Source of the DNA: Scyliorhinus canicula
Taxonomy: Eukaryota
DNA: 64,000 bases
Direction: 5' to 3'
Assembly (NCBI RefSeq): GCF_902713615.1
Contig: NC_052158.1
Coordinates: 40,105,729-40,169,728 of the forward strand
Shown here: positions 47,862 through 60,200 of the stretch, one piece after another
Numbering within the stretch: position 1 is the stretch's first letter
Layout: each line of letters opens with the position of its first letter
Notes under the pieces: generated by a model
The model's input: the letters and a program-made list of their open reading frames with translations, nothing else
What the model was told of the DNA's origin: nothing
Databases searched by the model: none
Program-made: the position numbers and the translations under genes

Positions 47862-50310
47862 TTTAGCAATGGGCAGGGATAGGTATATACCGCAAGGCAA
47901 GATTATAGCTGGGGAAAGGCAATTATGATGCTATTCAGGCAAGATTTAGGATGTATAGGAGGGGAAGGAAACTGCAGGGGATGGGTACAATTGAAATGTG
48001 GAGCTTTTTCAAGGAACAGCTACTGCGTGTCCTTGATAAGTATGTACCTGTCAGGCAGGGAGGAAGTGTCGAGCAAGGGAACCGTGGTTTACTAAGGAAG
48101 TTGAAGCACTTGTCAAGAGGAAGAAGAAGGCTTATGTTAGGATGAGACATGAAGGCTCAGTTAGGGCACTTGAGAGTTACAAGTTAGCCAGGAAGGACCT
48201 AAAGGGAGAGTTAAGAAGAGCGAGGAGAGGACACGAAAAGTCGTTGGCGGATAGGATCAAGGAAAACCTAAGGCTTTCTATAGGTATATCAGGAACAAAA
48301 GAATGACTAGAGTAAGATTAGGGCCAATCAAGGATAGTAGTGGAAAGTTGTGTGTGGAATCAGGAGATAGGGGAAGCATTAAATGGATATTTTTCGTCAG
48401 TGTTTACACTGGAGAAAGACAATGTTGGCGAGGAGAACACTCAGGTTCAGTCGACCAGGCTAGATGGAATTGAGGTTCAAAAGGAGGAGGTGTAGCAATT
48501 TTAGAAAATGTCAAAATAGATAAGTCCCCTGGGCCAGATGGGATTATCCTAGGATTCTCTGGGAAGCCAGGGAGGAGATTGCAGAGCCTTTGTCCTTGAT
48601 ATTTATGTCGTCTTTGTCGACAGGAATAGTGCCGGAGACTGGAGGATAGCAAATGTTGTCCCCTTGTTCAAGAAGGGGAGTAGAGACAACCCTGGTAATT
48701 ATAGACCTGTGAGCCTTACTTCGGTTGTGGGTAAATGTTGGAAAAGGTTATAAGAGATAGGGTTTATAATCATCTTGAAAAGAACAAGTTGATTAGCGAT
48801 ACTCAACACGGTTTTGTGAAGGGTAGGTCATGTCTTACAAACCTATTTGAGTTTTTTGAGAGGTGACCAAACAGGTGGATCAGGGTAAAGCTGTTGATGT
48901 GGTGTATATGGATTTCAGTAAGGCGTTTGATAAGGTTCCCCACGGTAGGCTATTGCAGAAAAATAAGGAAGTATAGAATTGAAGGTGATTTAGCGGTTTG
49001 GATCAGTAATTGGCTAGCTGAAAGAAGACAGAGGGTGGTGGTTGATGGCAATGTTCATCCTGGAGTTCAGTTACTAGTGGTGTACCGCAAGGATCTGTTT
49101 TGGGGGCACTGCTGTTTGTCATTTTATAAATGACAGGGCAGCACGGTGGCCTAGTGGTTAGCACAACCGCCTCACGGCGCTGAGGTCCCAGGTTCGATCC
49201 CGGCTCTGGGTCACTGTCCGTGTGGAGTTTGCACATTCTTCCCGGTCTGCGTGGGTTTCGCCCCCAACACCCAAAAATGTGCAGAGTAGGTGATGGCCAC
49301 GCTAAATTGCCCCTTAAGAGAAAAAATAATTGGGTAATCTAAATTTATTAAAAAAAATTTTTTTATAAATGACCTGGAAGAGGGTGTAGAAGGATGGGTT
49401 AGTAAATTTGCAGATGACACGAAGGTAGGTTGGAGCTGTGGATAGTGCTGAAGGATGTTATAGGATACAGAGAGGACATAGATAAGCTGCAGAGCTGGGC
49501 TGAGAGGTGGCAGATGGAGTTTAATGCGGAAAAGTGTGAGGTGGTTCACTTTGGAAGGAGTAAAAGGAATGCAGAGTACTGGGCTACTGGCAAGATTCTT
49601 GGTAGTGTAGATGACAGAGAGATCTCGGCATCCAGGTACATAAATCCCTGAAAGTTGCCACCCAGGTTAATAGGGCTGTTAAGAAGGCATATGGTGTGCT
49701 AGCCTTTATAACCCGGGGGGATTGAGTTTCGGAACCACAAGGTCATGCTGCAGCTGTACATAACTCTGGTGCGCCACACCTGGAGTACTGCGTGCAGGTC
49801 TGGTCACCACATTATAGAAGGATGTTGAAGCTTTGGAAAGGGTTCAGAGGAGATTTACTAGGATGTTGCCTGGTATGGAGGGAAGGTCTTACGAGGAAAG
49901 GCTCAGGGAATTGAGGTTGTTTTCGTTAGAGAGGAGAAGGCTGAGAGGGTGACTTAATAGATACATATAAGATAGTCAGAGGGTTAGATAGGGTGGACAG
50001 TGAGAGTCTTTTTCCTCGGATGGTGATGACCAACACGAGGGGACATAGCTTTAATTGAGGGGTGATAGATATAGGACAGATGTCAGAGGCAGTTTCTTTA
50101 CTCAGAGAGTAGTAGGGGTGTGGAACGCCCTGCCTGCAATAGTAGTAGACTCTCCAACTTTACGGGCATTTAAGTGGTCACTGGATAGACATATAGATGA
50201 AAATGGAATAGTGTAGGTCAGATAGGCTTCAGATGGTTTCACAGGTCGGCGCAACATCGAGGGCCGGAGGGCCCTTACTGCGCTGTAATGTTCTATGTTC
50301 TATGTTCTAT
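47862..50310 (+). mobile_element. 5'-truncated CR1 LINE (RT region + 3'UTR + (TTCTATG)n tail) inserted in the ERV leader
   Basis: KSPGPDG, DWRIANV.PLFKKG, QHGFVKGRSC, YMDFSKAFDKVPH, GVPQGSVLG, KFADDTK motifs across frameshifts. Confidence 0.95.
49135..49360 (+). mobile_element. Short A-tailed SINE inside CR1
   Basis: 13-bp TSD TTTTATAAATGAC (49122-49134 and 49361-49373). Confidence 0.9.
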
Positions 50311-50553
50311 TCCAAAACTTAACCGTACCTACAATGACTGAATAAAATCTTTGAATCCATCAGACTGACCTTTGATTTCGTCGAGTCAATCGGACCTGAT
50401 CAAATGCGAGTGATTAGACTGTTAGCAGAATACGAGACAGAGGAAATCGATATTGCAAGTTTTTCAGCAATATCGTGGGCCATTTTTCCTCCCTCCCCCT
50501 CCGAGAGCAGTCCAATTCTGATTTCGCAGATGAAAGGCAAGATTCTCGAGAAT

Positions 50554-50571
50554 CCCCGGGTTTCGGCACCA
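50554..50571 (-). promoter_or_regulatory. ERV primer-binding site for tRNA-Phe
   Basis: Minus strand TGGTGCCGAAACCCGGGG, 2 nt after the 5' LTR; 17/18 match to the complement of the vertebrate tRNA-Phe(GAA) 3' end. Confidence 0.9.
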
Positions 50572-51184
50572 AATGTTAATTCCTGGTTAATTGCTGCCAG
50601 TCTACATTCAATAAAATCTGAGATGGATTTGCAGGTATCATATCATTTAATAATAACCAACTTGCAAGCTGGCTTACCGGGAGAACTCCAGCTTACAGCT
50701 GCCTCCTGTAAGTTCCACAGCAAGAGAGACAGAAGACAAAGGGTTTCTGCTGAGTATTCAAAATCACAGTAAGAGGTCACAAAAAAGCTTCCCATTGGTC
50801 ATTCTATACACCTCCTGACCTGGCCATATATCCTGATTGGTCACTTTGCATTGTAACCCCAGCATCCTTTTCACCATGCTCACCATGCGGCACCCTCCCC
50901 CGATGGTCTAAAACAGGCTTTTGCTAAATCTCTTTGTGCTTTGTCTGTGAGCCCCCTACCATCGGACCGGCCCTATTTATCTATACTATTTTAACTAATA
51001 ATCCTATTTTATCATATTCATGTATTCATTTCCTCAGGGCCTTCCAGAGGATGTCCACCAAGGGCATCAAAGGCTCAAGTTGGGGAAGGCAGCAAGGTGT
51101 CACCACCTCTGATGTGCTTCCCGGGGATGTGCTCACCTCCTACCCACCCCACCGCCCACCGACCTCACCCCCAATCACATCACC

Positions 51185-53680
51185 GTCTACCCACCTCACT
51201 GCCTAACAAACTCACCTCCAACCACCTTATTGCCTACCCATCCCACCTCTTACCATCTCATTGTCTACCCACCTTCCTGTCTACCCACCTCACTGTCTAC
51301 ACACCTCACTGTCTACCCACCTCATTGTCTACCCACCTTCCTGTCTACCCACCTCACTGTCTACACACCTCACTGTCTACCCACCTCACTGTCTACCCAC
51401 CTCACTGCCTACCCACCTCACTGCCTACCCACCTCACTGCCTACCCACCTCACTGCCTACCCACCTCACTGTCTACCCACCTCACTGTCTACACAACCTC
51501 ACTGTCTACCCACCTCACTGTCTACCCACCTCACTGCCTACCCACCTCACTGCCTACCCACCTCACTGCCTACCCACCTCACTGTCTACCCCCCTCACTG
51601 TCTACCCACCTCACTGTCTACCCACCTCACTGTCTACCCACCTCACTGTCTACCCACCTCATTGTCTACCCACCTCACTGCTACCCACCTCACTGTCTAC
51701 CCACCTCACTGTCTACACACCTCATTGTCTACCCACCTCATTGTCTACCCACCTCACTGTCTACACACCTCACTGTCTACCCACCTCACTGCCTACCCAC
51801 CTCACTGCCTACTCACCTCATTGTCTACCCACCTCACTGTCTACCCACCTCACTGTCTACACACCTCACTGCCTACCCACCTCACTGCCTACCCACCTCA
51901 CTGTCTACCCACCTCACTGTCTACACACCTCACTGTCTACCCACCTCATTGTCTACCCACCTCACTGCCTACCCACCTCACTGCCTACCCACCTCATTGT
52001 CTACCCACCTCACTGCCTACCCACCTCACTGCCTACTCACCTCATTGTCTACCCCACCTCACTGCCTACCCCCCTCACTGCCTACCCACCTCACTGCCTA
52101 CCCACCTCACTGCCTACCCACCTCACTGCCTACCCACCTCACTGCCTACCCACCTCACTGCCTACCCACACGAGACCACAGAACATCAAGAAGAGAGATG
52201 AGCATGTGTGGCCACTGGTGAGGTCACTACCCATAGTTTGAAATCTGCCACAGTAAAGTATTCACCATTAAAGCATTTCACACCGAAAGGGGCTGGTTTA
52301 GCACACGGTGCTAAATCGCTGGCTTTGAGAGCAGACCAAGGCAGGCCAGCAGCACGGTTCAATTCCCGTACCAGCCTCCCTGAACAGTCGCCGGAATGTG
52401 GTGACTAGGGGCTTTTCACAGTAACTTCATTTGAAGCCTACTCGTGACAATAAGTGATTTCATTTCATGCATGTGAAGTCTCTGTCACTTTAGTCTTCAC
52501 ATTGGGCTTGTCTGCACCCCCCCCCCATTTAGCCCCCCCCCCCCCCCCCAGCACAGTGGTCCAAGATCAAAAATCCTCGATGCAGACTCCGTCATGAGGG
52601 TTGGTGTGAGCGAGATGTCAGCAGGTAGACAGGAGTCAGACTGAATCAAATCCTGAGGAGCACCAGACCTTTCCTCACACGGAGTGGTCATTACTCTCCT
52701 GCCTCAGAAAGGGACCCACCAACATAGGCCCATCACCCTTCCACAGAACCTTGGATCTGCTGGAGGGGGGAAGAGGGGGGAGGGGGGAGTGTGAGGGGAG
52801 GTGGGGAACCCCACTGCCTACCCAGCTCACCTCCTGCTCACCTCATCTCCGACCCACCTCACTGCCCAACCACCTCATTGCTTACCCACCTCACCTCCTA
52901 CCACCACTGACTACCCACCTCACTGCCTACCCACCTCACTGCCTACCCACCTCACTGCCTATCCACCTCACTGCCTACCCACCTCACTGCCTACCACCTC
53001 ACTGCCTATCCACCTCACCTCCCTCATTGCCTACCTAACTCACCTCCTACCCTGCTCACTGCCTACTCACCTCACCTCCAACCACCTCACTGCCTACACG
53101 CCTCCCCTCCAATCCACCTCACCTCCTATCCACCTCACCTCCTATCCACCTCACCTCCTACCCACCTCACCTCCTACCCACCTCACCTCCTACCCACCTC
53201 CCCACCTATCCACCCCTCTGATCCATCTCACCTCCTACCACCACTTCCTACCCACCCCTCCGATCCAACTCCCCTCTGATCCAACTCCCCTCCGATCCAC
53301 CTCCCCTCCGATCCAACTCCCCTTTGATCCAACTCCCCTCCGATCCAACTCCCCTCCGATCCACCTCACCTAACCTCCGATCCATCTCATCTCTGATCAA
53401 TCTCACCTCCTACCCACCTCACTTCTTACCCACCTCCCTTCCTACCCACCTCTCTTCCTATCCACCTCCTCTCCAATCCGCCTCCCCGTCCATCCACCTC
53501 ACCTACTATCCACCTCACCTCCACAACCATCTCCCCCCTCCCCTCCAATCCACCTCATCTCCACCTCCCCTCCCCTCCTATCCACCTCACCTCCCATCCA
53601 CCTCACCTTCTATCCACCTCACCTCCTGGCCACCTCACTTCCTACCCACCACAGCCACCTCAAACACGACTGCCACCTAT
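51185..53680. repeat. 16-bp minisatellite (CTACCCACCTCACTG[CT]) at 51185-52165 and 52815-53100, decaying into C-rich low complexity
   Basis: Period 16. The His/Pro/Thr-rich ORFs are artefacts. Confidence 0.93.
52289..52468 (+). mobile_element. Second-family SINE, full length
   Basis: GGGGCTGGTTTAGCAC head with B-box-like GGTTCAATTCCC; matches 33411-33586. Confidence 0.85.
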
Positions 53681-53821
53681 TCAGCTGACATCTCACTCAT
53701 CCACTCATTTACCCCCTGACCCGTTGTGTCACTCATTCATTCACCCATTGACACATTCTTTCTCTCACCAATTCTCTAACCCACACTCATTTATTAAAGA
53801 CCCATATCTTTAAAAACTCAC

Positions 53822-53940
53822 CTGAATATTATAAAACTTGATGGAGTACCCGCTCTTTACCCAGACTCTCCCATGTCCGTTGAACATATCCTTCCCATTT
53901 CTCCACGCTTCCCATTCTCCATCAGCCAGGCTCGGGACAT
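53822..53940 (-). CDS. Candidate orphan coding exon of an unidentified gene (DVPSLADGEWEAWRNGKDMFNGHGRVWVKSGYSIKFYNIQ)
   Basis: CTGTCCATTTCTCCTAG acceptor, CAG|GTGAGT donor, 119 bp open only in the phase-1 to phase-0 frame. Confidence 0.45.
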
Positions 53941-54204
53941 CTAGGAGAAATGGACAGTAGATTCAGACCAGTAGAATGTTCACAGGATAGTGTCAACATC
54001 CAGCATTGCCGCTCACTGTGAGATCCAGGCCCTCTGCACTGTGCCCATTTTGTGTTCTTCCATTCACTTCAAAATTCGGGATGGGCAACTAATTATGGTC
54101 TGGGGCCAGTTAGTAGCCATGGTGACATACAGACCATCAGACTTACTGTGTTATGGGTGCTTTAGATGTGTCAGTGATGCAGTGTCCAGTATTCATTGCA
54201 CTGT

Positions 54205-57200
54205 GTCACTGAGGGCCTTGCAATCTGGCTCACTGCCTTGTGTTCTCAGTGTCACTCAGGGCCCTGCAATCTGGCTCACTGTCTTGTGCTCTCAGTGTCT
54301 GAGCTCAGTGTCTGAGCTCAGGGTCCTGCAATCTGGCTCACTGTCTTGTGCTCTCAGTGTCTGAGCTCAGTGTCTGAGCTCAGGGCCCTGCAATCTGGCT
54401 CACTGTCTTGTGTTCTCAGTGTCTGAGCTCAGGGCCCTGCAATCTGGCTCACTGTCTTGTGCTCTCAGTGTCTGAGCTCAGTGTCTGAGCTCAGGGCCCT
54501 GCAATCTGGCTCACTGTCTTGTGTTCTCAGTGTCTGAGCTCAGTGTCACTCAGGGCCTTGCAATCTGGCTCACTGTCTTGTGTTCTCAGTGTCTGAGCTC
54601 AGTGTCACTCAGGGCCTTGCAATCTGGCTCACTGTCTTGTGCTCTCAGTGTCTGAGCTCAGTGTCACTCAGGGCCCTGCAATCTGGCTCACTGTCTTGTG
54701 TTCTCAGTGTCTGAGCTCAGTGTCACACAGGGCCCTGCAATCTGGCTCACTGTCTTGTGTTCTCAGTGTCTGAGCTCAGTGTCACTCAGGGCCTTGCAAT
54801 CTGGCTCACTGTCTTGTGCTCTCAGTGTCTGAGCTCAGTGTCACTCAGGGCCTTGCAATCTGGCTCACTGTCTTGTGCTCTCAGTGTCTGAGCTCAGTGT
54901 CACTCAGGGTCCTGCAATCTGGCTCACTGTCTTGTGCTCTCAGTGTCTGAGCTCAGTGTCACTCAGGGTCCTGCAATCTGGCTCACTGTCTTGTGCTCTC
55001 AGTGTCTGAGCTCAGTGTCTGAGCTCAGGGTCCTGCAATCTGGCTCACTGTCTTGTGTTCTCAGTGTCTGAGCTCAGTGTCTGAGCTCAGGGTCCTGCAA
55101 TCTGGCTCACTGTCTTGTGTTCTCAGTGTCTGAGCTCAGTGTCTGAGCTCAGGGTCCTGCAATCTGGCTCACTGTCTTGTGTTCTCAGTGTCTGAGCTCA
55201 GTGTCTGAGCTCAGGGTCCTGCAATCTGGCTCACTGTCTTGTGTTCTCAGTGTCTGAGCTCAGTGTCTGAGCTCAGGGCCCTGCAATCTGGCTCACTGTC
55301 TTGTGCTCTCAGTGTCTGAGCTCAGTGTCACACAGGGCCCTGCAATCTGGCTCACTGTCTTGTGTTCTCAGTGTCTGAGCTCAGTGTCACTCAGGGCCCT
55401 GCAATCTGGCTCACTGTCTTGTGCTCTCAGTGTCTGAGCTCAGTGTCTGAGCTCAGGGCCCTGCAATCTGGCTCACTGTCTTGTGCTCTCAGTGTCTGAG
55501 CTCAGTGTCTGAGCTCAGTGTCACTCAGGGTCCTGCAATCTGGCTTACTGTCTTGTGCTCTCAGTGTCTGAGCTCAGTGTCTGAGCTCAGGGCCCTGCAA
55601 TCTGGCTCACTGTCTTGTGCTCTCAGTGTCTGAGCTCAGTGTCACTCAGGGTCCTGCAATCTGGCTCACTGTCTTGTGCTCTCAGTGTCTGAGCTCAGTG
55701 TCTGAGCTCAGTGTCACTCAGGGTCCTGCAATCTGGCTCACTGTCTTGTGCTCTCAGTGTCTGAGCTCAGGGCCCTGCAATCTGGCTCACTGTCTTGTGC
55801 TCTCAGTGTCTGAGCTCAGTGTCACTCAGGGTCCTGCAATCTGGCTCACTGTCTTGTGCTCTCAGTGTCTGAGCTCAGGGCCCTGCAATCTGGCTCACTG
55901 TCTTGTGCTCTCAGTGTCTGAGCTCAGTATCACACAGGGTCCTGCAATCTGGCTCACTGTCTTGTGCTCTCAGTGTCTGAGCTCAGTGTCACTCAGGGCC
56001 CTGCAATCTGGCTCACTGTCTTGTGCTCTCAGTGTCTGAGCTCAGGGCCTTGCAATCTGGCTCACTGTCTTGTGTTCTCAGTGTCTGAGCTCAGGGCCCT
56101 GCAATCTGGCTCACTGTCTTGTGCTCTCAGTGTCTGAGCTCAGGGCCTTGCAATCTGGCTCACTGTCTTGTGTTCTCAGTGTCTGAGCTCAGTGTCACTC
56201 AGGGTCCTGCAATCTGGCTCACTGTCTTGTGCTCTCAGTGTCTGAGCTCAGTGTCACTCAGGGCCCTGCAATCTGGCTCACTGTCTTGTGTTCTCAGTGT
56301 CTGAGCTCAGTGTCTGAGCTCAGGGCCCTGCAATCTGACTCACTGTCTTGTGCTCTCAGTGTCTGAGCTCAGGGTCCTGCAATCTGGCTCACTGTCTTGT
56401 GTTCTCAGTGTCACTCAGGGCCCTGCAATCTGGCTCACTGTCTTGTGTTCTCAGTGTCTGAGCTCAGTGTCACTCAGGGCCCTGCAATCTGGCTCACTGT
56501 CTTGTGCTCTCAGTGTCTGAGCTCAGTGTCACTCAGGGCCCTGCAATCTGGCTCACTGTCTTGTGTTCTCAGTGTCTGAGCTCAGTGTCACTCAGGGCCC
56601 TGCAATCTGGCTCACTGTCTTGTGTTCTCAGTGTCTGAGCTCAGTGTCTGAGCTCAGGGCCCTGCAATCTGACTCACTGTCTTGTGCTCTCAGTGTCTGA
56701 GCTCAGGGTCCTGCAATCTGGCTCACTGTCTTGTGTTCTCAGTGTCACTCAGGGCCCTGCAATCTGGCTCACTGTCTTGTGCTCTCAGTGTCTGAGCTCA
56801 GTGTCACTCAGGGCCCTGCAATCTGGCTCACTGTCTTGTGCTCTCAGTGTCTGAGCTCAGTGTCACTCAGGGCCCTGCAATCTGGCTCACTGTCTTGTGC
56901 TCTCAGTGTCTGAGCTCAGTGTCACTCAGGGTCCTGCAATCTGGCTCACTGTCTTGTGCTCTCAGTGTCTGAGCTCAGTGTCACTCAGGGTCCTGCAATC
57001 TGGCTCACTGTCTTGTGCTCTCAGTGTCTGAGCTCAGGGTCCTGCAATCTGGCTCACTGTCTTGTGCTCTCAGTGTCTGAGCTCAGTGTCACTCAGGGCC
57101 CTGCAATCTGGCTCACTGTCTTGTGCTCTCAGTGTCTGAGCTCAGTGTCACTCAGGGTCCTGCAATCTGGCTCACTGTCTTGTGCTCTCAGTGTCTGAGC

Positions 57201-60200
57201 TCAGTGTCACTCAGGGCCCTGCAATCTGGCTCACTGTCTTGTGCTCTCAGTGTCTGAGCTCAGTGTCACTCAGGGTCCTGCAATCTGGCTCACTGTCTTG
57301 TGCTCTCAGTGTCTGAGCTCAGGGCCCTGCAATCTGGCTCACTGTCTTGTGCTCTCAGTGTCTGAGCTCAGTGTCACTCAGGGCCCTGCAATCTGGCTCA
57401 CTGTCTTGTGCTCTCAGTGTCTGAGCTCAGTGTCACTCAGGGCCCTGCACTCTGGCTCACTGTCTTGTGCTCTCAGTGTCTGAGCTCAGTGTCACTCAGG
57501 GTCCTGCAATCTGGCTCACTGTCTTGTGTTCTCAGTGTCTGAGCTCAGTGTCACACAGGGCCCTGCAATCTGGCTCACTGTCTTGTGTTCTCAGTGTCTG
57601 AGCTCAGGGCCCTGCAATCTGGCTCACTGTCTTGTGTTCTCAGTGTCTGAGCTCAGTGTCACTCAGGGTCCTGCAATCTGGCTCACTGCCTTGTGCTCTC
57701 AGTGTCTGAGCTCATGGCCCTGCAATCTGGCTCACTGTCTTGTGCTCTCAGTGCCCAGCTCAGTGTCACACAGGGCCCTGCAATCTGGCTCACTGTCTTG
57801 TGTTCTCAGTGTCTGAGCTCAGTGTCACTCAGGGCCCTGCAATCTGGCTCACTGTCTTGTGCTCTCAGTGTCTGAGCTCAGTGTCACTCAGGGCCCTGCA
57901 ATCTGGCTCACTGTCTTGTGCTCTCAGTGTCTGAGCTCAGGGCCCTGCAATCTGGCTCACTGTCTTGTGCTCTCAGTGTCTGAGCTCAGTGTCACTCAGG
58001 GCCCTGCAATCTGGCTCACTGTCTTGTGTTCTCAGTGTCTGAGACTCAGGGCCCTGCAATCTGGCTCACTGTCTTGTGCTCTCAGTGTCTGAGCTCAGTA
58101 TCACACAGGGTCCTGCAATCTGGCTCACTGTCTTGTGCTCTCAGTGTCTGAGCTCAGTGTCACTCAGGGTCCTGCAATCTGGCTCACTGTCTTGTGCTCT
58201 CAGTGTCTGAGCTCAGGGCCCTGCAATCTGGCTCACTGTCTTGTGCTCTCAGTGTCTGAGCTCAGTGTCACTCAGGGTCCTGCAATCTGGCTCACTGTCT
58301 TGTGCTCTCAGTGTCTGAGCTCAGTGTCTGAGCTCAGGGCCCTGCAATCTGGCTCACTGTCTTGTGTTCTCAGTGTCTGAGCTCAGTATCACACAGGGCC
58401 TTGCAATCTGGCTCACTGTCTTGTGTTCTCAGTGTCTGAGCTCAGTGTCACTCAGGGCCCTGCAATCTGGCTCACTGTCTTGTGTTCTCAGTGTCTGAGC
58501 TCAGTGTCACTCAGGGCCCTGCAATCTGGCTCACTGTCTTGTGCTCTCAGTGTCTGAGCTCAGTGTCTGAGCTCAGGGCCCTGCAATCTGGCTCACTGTC
58601 TTGTGCTCTCAGTGTCTGAGCTCAGTGTCACACAGAGCCCTGCAATCTGGCTCACTGTCTTGTGCTCTCAGTGTCTGAGCTCAGTGTCTGAGCTCAGGGC
58701 CCTGCAATCTGGCTCACTGTCTTGTGTTCTCAGTGTCTGAGCTCAGTGTCTGAGCTCAGGGCCCTGCAATCTGGCTCACTGTCTTGTGTTCTCAGTGTCT
58801 GAGCTCAGTGTCTGAGCTCAGGGCCCTGCAATCTGGCTCACTGTCTTGTGCTCTCAGTGTCTGAGCTCAGTGTCTGAGCTCAGGGCCCTGCAATCTGGCT
58901 CACTGTCTTGTGCTCTCAGTGTCACTCAGGGTCCTGCAATCTGGCTCACTGTCTTGTGCTCTCAGTGTCTGAGCTCAGTGTCTGAGCTCAGGGCCCTGCA
59001 ATCTGGCTCACTGTCTTGTGCTCTCAGTGTCTGAGCTCAGTGTCTGAGCTCAGTGTCACTCAGGGTCCTGCAATCTGGCTCACTGTCTTGTGCTCTCAGT
59101 GTCTGAGCTCAGTGTCACTCAGGGTCCTGCAATCTGGCTCACTGTCTTGTGCTCTCAGTGTCTGAGCTCAGGGTCCTGCAATCTGGCTCACTGTCTTGTG
59201 CTCTCAGTGTCTGAGCTCAGTATCACACAGGGTCCTGCAATCTGGCTCACTGTCTTGTGCTCTCAGTGTCTGAGCTCAGTATCACACAGGGTCCTGCAAT
59301 CTGGCTCACTGTCTTGTGCTCTCAGTGTCTGAGCTCAGTGTCACTCAGGGTCCTGCAATCTGGCTCACTGTCTTGTGTTCTCAGTGTCTGAGCTCAGTGT
59401 CACTCAGGGTCCTGCAATCTGGCTCACTGTCTTGTGTTCTCAGTGTCTGAGCTCAGTGTCACTCAGGGCCTTGCAATCTGGCTCACTGTCTTGTGCTCTC
59501 AGTGTCTGAGCTCAGTGTCTGAGCTCAGGGTCCTGCAATCTGGCTCACTGTCTTGTGCTCTCAGTGTCTGAGCTCAGTGTCACTCAGGGCCCTGCAATCT
59601 GGCTCACTGTCTTGTGTTCTCAGTGTCTGAGCTCAGGGCCCTGCAATCTGGCTCACTGTCTTGTGTTCTCAGTGTCTGAGCTCAGTGTCACTCAGGGCCC
59701 TGCAATCTGGCTCACTGTCTTGTGTTCTCAGTGTCTGAGCTCAGTGTCACTGAGGGCTTTGCAATCTGGCTCACTGTCTTGTGCTCTCAGTGTCTGAGCT
59801 CAGTGTCACTCAGGGCCCTGCAATCTGGCTCACTGTCTTGTGCTCTCAGTGTCTGAGCTCAGTGTCACTCAGGGCCCTGCAATCTGGCTCACTGTCTTGT
59901 GCTCTCAGTGTCTGAGCTCAGTGTCACTCAGGGCCCTGCAATCTGGCTCACTGTCTTGTGCTCTCAGTGTCTGAGCTCAGTGTCACTCAGGGTCCTGCAA
60001 TCTGGCTCACTGTCTTGTGTTCTCAGTGTCTGAGCTCAGGGCCCTGCAATCTGGCTCACTGTCTTGTGCTCTCAGTGTCTGAGCTCAGTGTCACTCAGGG
60101 CCCTGCAATCTGGCTCACTGTCTTGTGCTCTCAGTGTCTGAGCTCAGTGTCACTCAGGGCCCTGCAATCTGGCTCACTGTCTTGTGCTCTCAGTGTCTGA

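Larger units (their letters stand above)
40607..51036 (-). mobile_element. Endogenous retrovirus provirus (gamma/epsilon-type env), defective
   Basis: LTRs at 40607-41075 and 50574-51036 with TG...CA ends; 4-bp TSD GGGC; tRNA-Phe PBS; PPT AAAGGAGGGAA; integrase and env remnants. Confidence 0.93.

Noticed and set aside
49135-49210. tRNA gene (A/B-box-like motifs; similar at 38238 and 52289)
   Set aside because: These are SINE heads followed by SINE core and tail, with TSDs at 38238 and 49135; no complete cloverleaf.
51097-52241. His/Pro/Thr-rich ORFs of 320-370 aa
   Set aside because: 16-bp repeat artefact.
54147-54200. Minus-strand GTAAGT donor as an upstream partner of the 53822-53940 exon
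   Set aside because: The required phase-1 frame has TAA two codons before the donor.
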